Part shown: one piece after another, positions 61,490 through 64,000 of the stretch | How the letters are laid out: each line of letters begins with the position of its first letter | Numbering within the stretch: the stretch's first letter is position 1 | Virus record (IMG/VR): IMGVR_UViG_3300028196_000007 | Location: 22,140 to 86,139 of that record | DNA from: a virus | Length of the DNA: 64,000 bases | Direction: 5' to 3' (one strand) | Program-made: the position numbers and the translations under genes | Notes under the pieces: generated by a model | What the model was told of the DNA's origin: nothing | Seen by the model: only the letters and a program-made list of their open reading frames with translations | The model's database searches: none

Positions 61490-64000
61490 TATCTTTTCTC
61501 CAATATTGATATTCGTTCTTTTAATTCATCAATCATCTTCTGCTGATCTTGCACCGATTTAACAAGCAGAGGTATCATTGCGTTATAATCCATAACCATA
61601 GGACTTGATATAGGGTCAGGATTCTGTTCTTCATCTCCTGTTACTGCGTCTGGGAATACTTCTGCTACTTCCTGTGCAATAAATCCTGATACTCTCATAC
61701 CTCCTTCTGATTGTGGAGTTGCCTTCCATTCAAAATCTCTTACAGGTATTCCCATAAGATGGTCTATGTTAAGTACTGTGTCAGTTATATCTTGTTTTAG
61801 CCTTCTGTCTGAAACTAAATCTATTTTTATAGCGTTTTTATAATTATAGTGGTCTTTACGTATACCACCAGCATAATGGTCTACAAGTGTATTAGCTCCG
61901 GTAAGATTGTTAACCTCCCACCCTTTGTGAAACAGAGACAGATAGAAAACGTTACCTTGTCCACAAGGAGGTCCAGGTTTTGTTTGATTCAATCCATTCG
62001 CTGGGTTTACCCAACTGTAATATCCTGGTGTACCTGCAATTGTACAATTGAGAAAAGGTTCGTGTTCATTGTTTGCAGAATTTGCCCCTCCACCTTTTAA
62101 AGGAATTGTTCTAGGTGCAGAAGAGACTCCAATTTTCACACCATGACCTGCTCCTGCTTCCATACAATCAAATTCGTCGCTACCTAACAACTGAGGGTCT
62201 GGCATCTTATTAAATATTGCAGCATAGTGCATTCCAGTCTTTGCATCAAAGCTAGAGTTTTGGAATATTGCTTCACCTGGAGGGCAGTCCATAGAGTTAA
62301 AGCCATTGACCATAAGCCAAGCTGTTTCATCGTTTGTGCCTGCAAAAGAAGTCCATCCTTTATGCATTCCAGTTAAACTATCAGGAATATATAAAGGCGG
62401 ACCTATTGTAGTAGTACAGTTTATATAAGTCCAACCTTCTAGTCCATTACCATTAGCTGCTCCAAAAAAAGGATTAAATCCTGTGATTCCTACGCTTGCC
62501 TTGTCCAATCTACCTGTTGTAAGACAAGCACCGTTACTACCAAATGTATTTTCTCTTATATATGATAACTCGCCTGTATCTGTATTATATTTTACATTGT
62601 GGAAAGTGTCTGCTTCTTTAAGACTATAGAAGTGCCAGTCATTATTACCTTTTATTTGCATACCACCATGGGTTGATAACAATGTTTGTGCGAAAGTAAG
62701 ATTTCCAGGTTTAAAACTAAATCCATCTACATCGTCTGCTATCTCAAATTTATTAGTATACGATCCGACGTTTCTTAACATCAATACGTCTGCAGCAGTC
62801 CTTTGTATGTCTGCATAGTTTACGTTAGGAGTTGATGGCCACGCGTGTCCGTAACGAGCACTACTTGTTATCCAGTTGTTACCCATCTGTAAATCTGTAG
62901 TTGCAGTATGATTTCCTAAGTTATCTGCACCGCCTGCTCCACTCATACTTACGGACATAGTTATTGCATCTGTTGACGCATTAGATGATAAGGTTACGTT
63001 TGTACCTCCAACAAGAGTAAGAGTATCTGTTGGGCTGTCGGCAACTACACTGGATATTGCAGGACCTGGCAGTGATGAATGCGTTACTGCTATTGTTTTG
63101 AATACGTCTTGATTACCAGCTGTGTTTGTTATTATGTTGGTTAAATAAGCTGATGACATAGATATATGAATTTCACCAGGTCCACCGAATGACGTTGTTA
63201 TACCACCGTATCCATGAAACTTCATTGCTTCGTTACAACTAGCTGCTGCTTGTGTTGTTCCACCATCTACACCAAATGTTCCATAACTTGTTTTACAGAA
63301 TCCATTAACTGCAAAGGTCACCTCGTCAGAAGCTGGAGCAGTAGAAATAGTTACGTTTGCACCTTCTACGAAAGTAAGTACATCAGTTGTAGTATCTGCA
63401 ACAACATCTGTCTGTCCTGATACTCTGATTGTTTCAAATAAATTTTGGTCAGGGTCACCGCCTAGCCCAGCTGATGATGTTACTTTTAACTGACCTGTTA
63501 TCGGGTCCCAATTTACAATCTTAGTTTGAGAAGCTTCTGGTAAGCAAGGTAGATATACTGAACCTGATATTATCCAAGAATCATTACAGTCTTGTCCAAA
63601 TAATCCTGGCCCAGACATTGTAATTGGTCCGCCTGCTGTTATAGGTCCTGAAAATGATACAGGTCCAGATATTGTTGTGTTACCACCAAATAAGTTAGGT
63701 CCGCTGGAACTCATACCTCCACTAAATGTTGTTGGTCCATTAAAGTTAACAGTAGAACTAAATGTAGTAGGTCCTGAAAATGAATTTGTACTAAAATAAT
63801 TAGGACCACTTGCACTTATACCTCCACTAAACGTTGCAGGGCCTGTAGCTGTTACAGTATTTGTAACTATATTTGTAAATGTTGCTGTTAATTCGTTTTT
63901 CCAAGGGACGTGAGGTACTACTGCAGTATAATTTGCTATGTCTCCATAATCATTATAAAATTCAAATTTAAAGTCTAATGAGTCATATCTATCAACATTA
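61489..64000 (-). CDS. Tail fibre/spike with C-terminal intramolecular chaperone (S74-like); partial, start beyond window end
   Basis: SDRRLKQDI, GFIAQEV..VFP, DYNAMIPLLVKSVQ. The frame stays open upstream of ATG 63714 to the window edge (NVDRYDSLDFKFEFYND...). Confidence 0.85.
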   Translation of the reverse strand, partial: NVDRYDSLDFKFEFYNDYGDIANYTAVVPHVPWKNELTATFTNIVTNTVTATGPATFSGGISASGPNYFSTNSFSGPTTFSSTVNFNGPTTFSGGMSSSGPNLFGGNTTISGPVSFSGPITAGGPITMSGPGLFGQDCNDSWIISGSVYLPCLPEASQTKIVNWDPITGQLKVTSSAGLGGDPDQNLFETIRVSGQTDVVADTTTDVLTFVEGANVTISTAPASDEVTFAVNGFCKTSYGTFGVDGGTTQAAASCNEAMKFHGYGGITTSFGGPGEIHISMSSAYLTNIITNTAGNQDVFKTIAVTHSSLPGPAISSVVADSPTDTLTLVGGTNVTLSSNASTDAITMSVSMSGAGGADNLGNHTATTDLQMGNNWITSSARYGHAWPSTPNVNYADIQRTAADVLMLRNVGSYTNKFEIADDVDGFSFKPGNLTFAQTLLSTHGGMQIKGNNDWHFYSLKEADTFHNVKYNTDTGELSYIRENTFGSNGACLTTGRLDKASVGITGFNPFFGAANGNGLEGWTYINCTTTIGPPLYIPDSLTGMHKGWTSFAGTNDETAWLMVNGFNSMDCPPGEAIFQNSSFDAKTGMHYAAIFNKMPDPQLLGSDEFDCMEAGAGHGVKIGVSSAPRTIPLKGGGANSANNEHEPFLNCTIAGTPGYYSWVNPANGLNQTKPGPPCGQGNVFYLSLFHKGWEVNNLTGANTLVDHYAGGIRKDHYNYKNAIKIDLVSDRRLKQDITDTVLNIDHLMGIPVRDFEWKATPQSEGGMRVSGFIAQEVAEVFPDAVTGDEEQNPDPISSPMVMDYNAMIPLLVKSVQDQQKMIDELKERISILEKR

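Noticed and set aside
61489-63714. ORF-track start at 63714
   Set aside because: The frame is open to the window edge, so the ATG is internal to a longer gene.
1-64000. Stop-codon reassignment, inteins or introns in core genes
   Set aside because: Core genes (terminase, portal, capsid, helicase, NrdJ, RecA) are uninterrupted and of normal length under the standard code; TAA, TAG and TGA all serve as stops.
49942-64000. Diversity-generating retroelement acting on fibre genes
   Set aside because: No reverse transcriptase and no template/variable repeat pair differing at adenines was seen in this window.

Overview
A 64 kb, AT-rich segment of a large T4-like (Far-T4 style) myovirus genome. Essentially every real gene is on the minus strand, and the plus-strand ORFs in the track are antisense shadows. 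From high to low coordinate (the direction of transcription) it carries: a long tail fibre/accessory fibre region (64000-49942); probable virion-packaged enzymes, a holin, terminase, portal, prohead protease, a ribosomal protein bS21 homolog, scaffold, major capsid protein and PhoH; neck, sheath, tube, chaperone, tape measure and baseplate genes (to about 18400); then replication and repair genes (degenerate PolA domain, UvsE, gp32, RecA, Hsp20, 5'-3' exonuclease, DnaB, NrdJ); a compact nucleotide/sugar cluster (4979-423); and the start of a DnaE-type polymerase. bS21, DUF4494-like and T9SS-CTD-like genes hint at a Bacteroidota/FCB host (inference). The most notable unannotated signals are: (1) a candidate pre-replicative, sugar-linked cytosine modification pathway built on a miniature thymidylate-synthase homolog with the dCMP-specificity Asp; (2) a 220-nt tRNA-like RNA with intact acceptor, D and T stems but large structured insertions; (3) an HDV/CPEB3-like self-cleaving ribozyme; (4) a perfect 18-bp inverted repeat bracketing the Hsp20 gene; (5) a probable programmed frameshift joining gp26-like and gp51-like frames; (6) two recurring promoter classes and several structured leaders. 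All calls are by-eye motif recognition; no searches were run.
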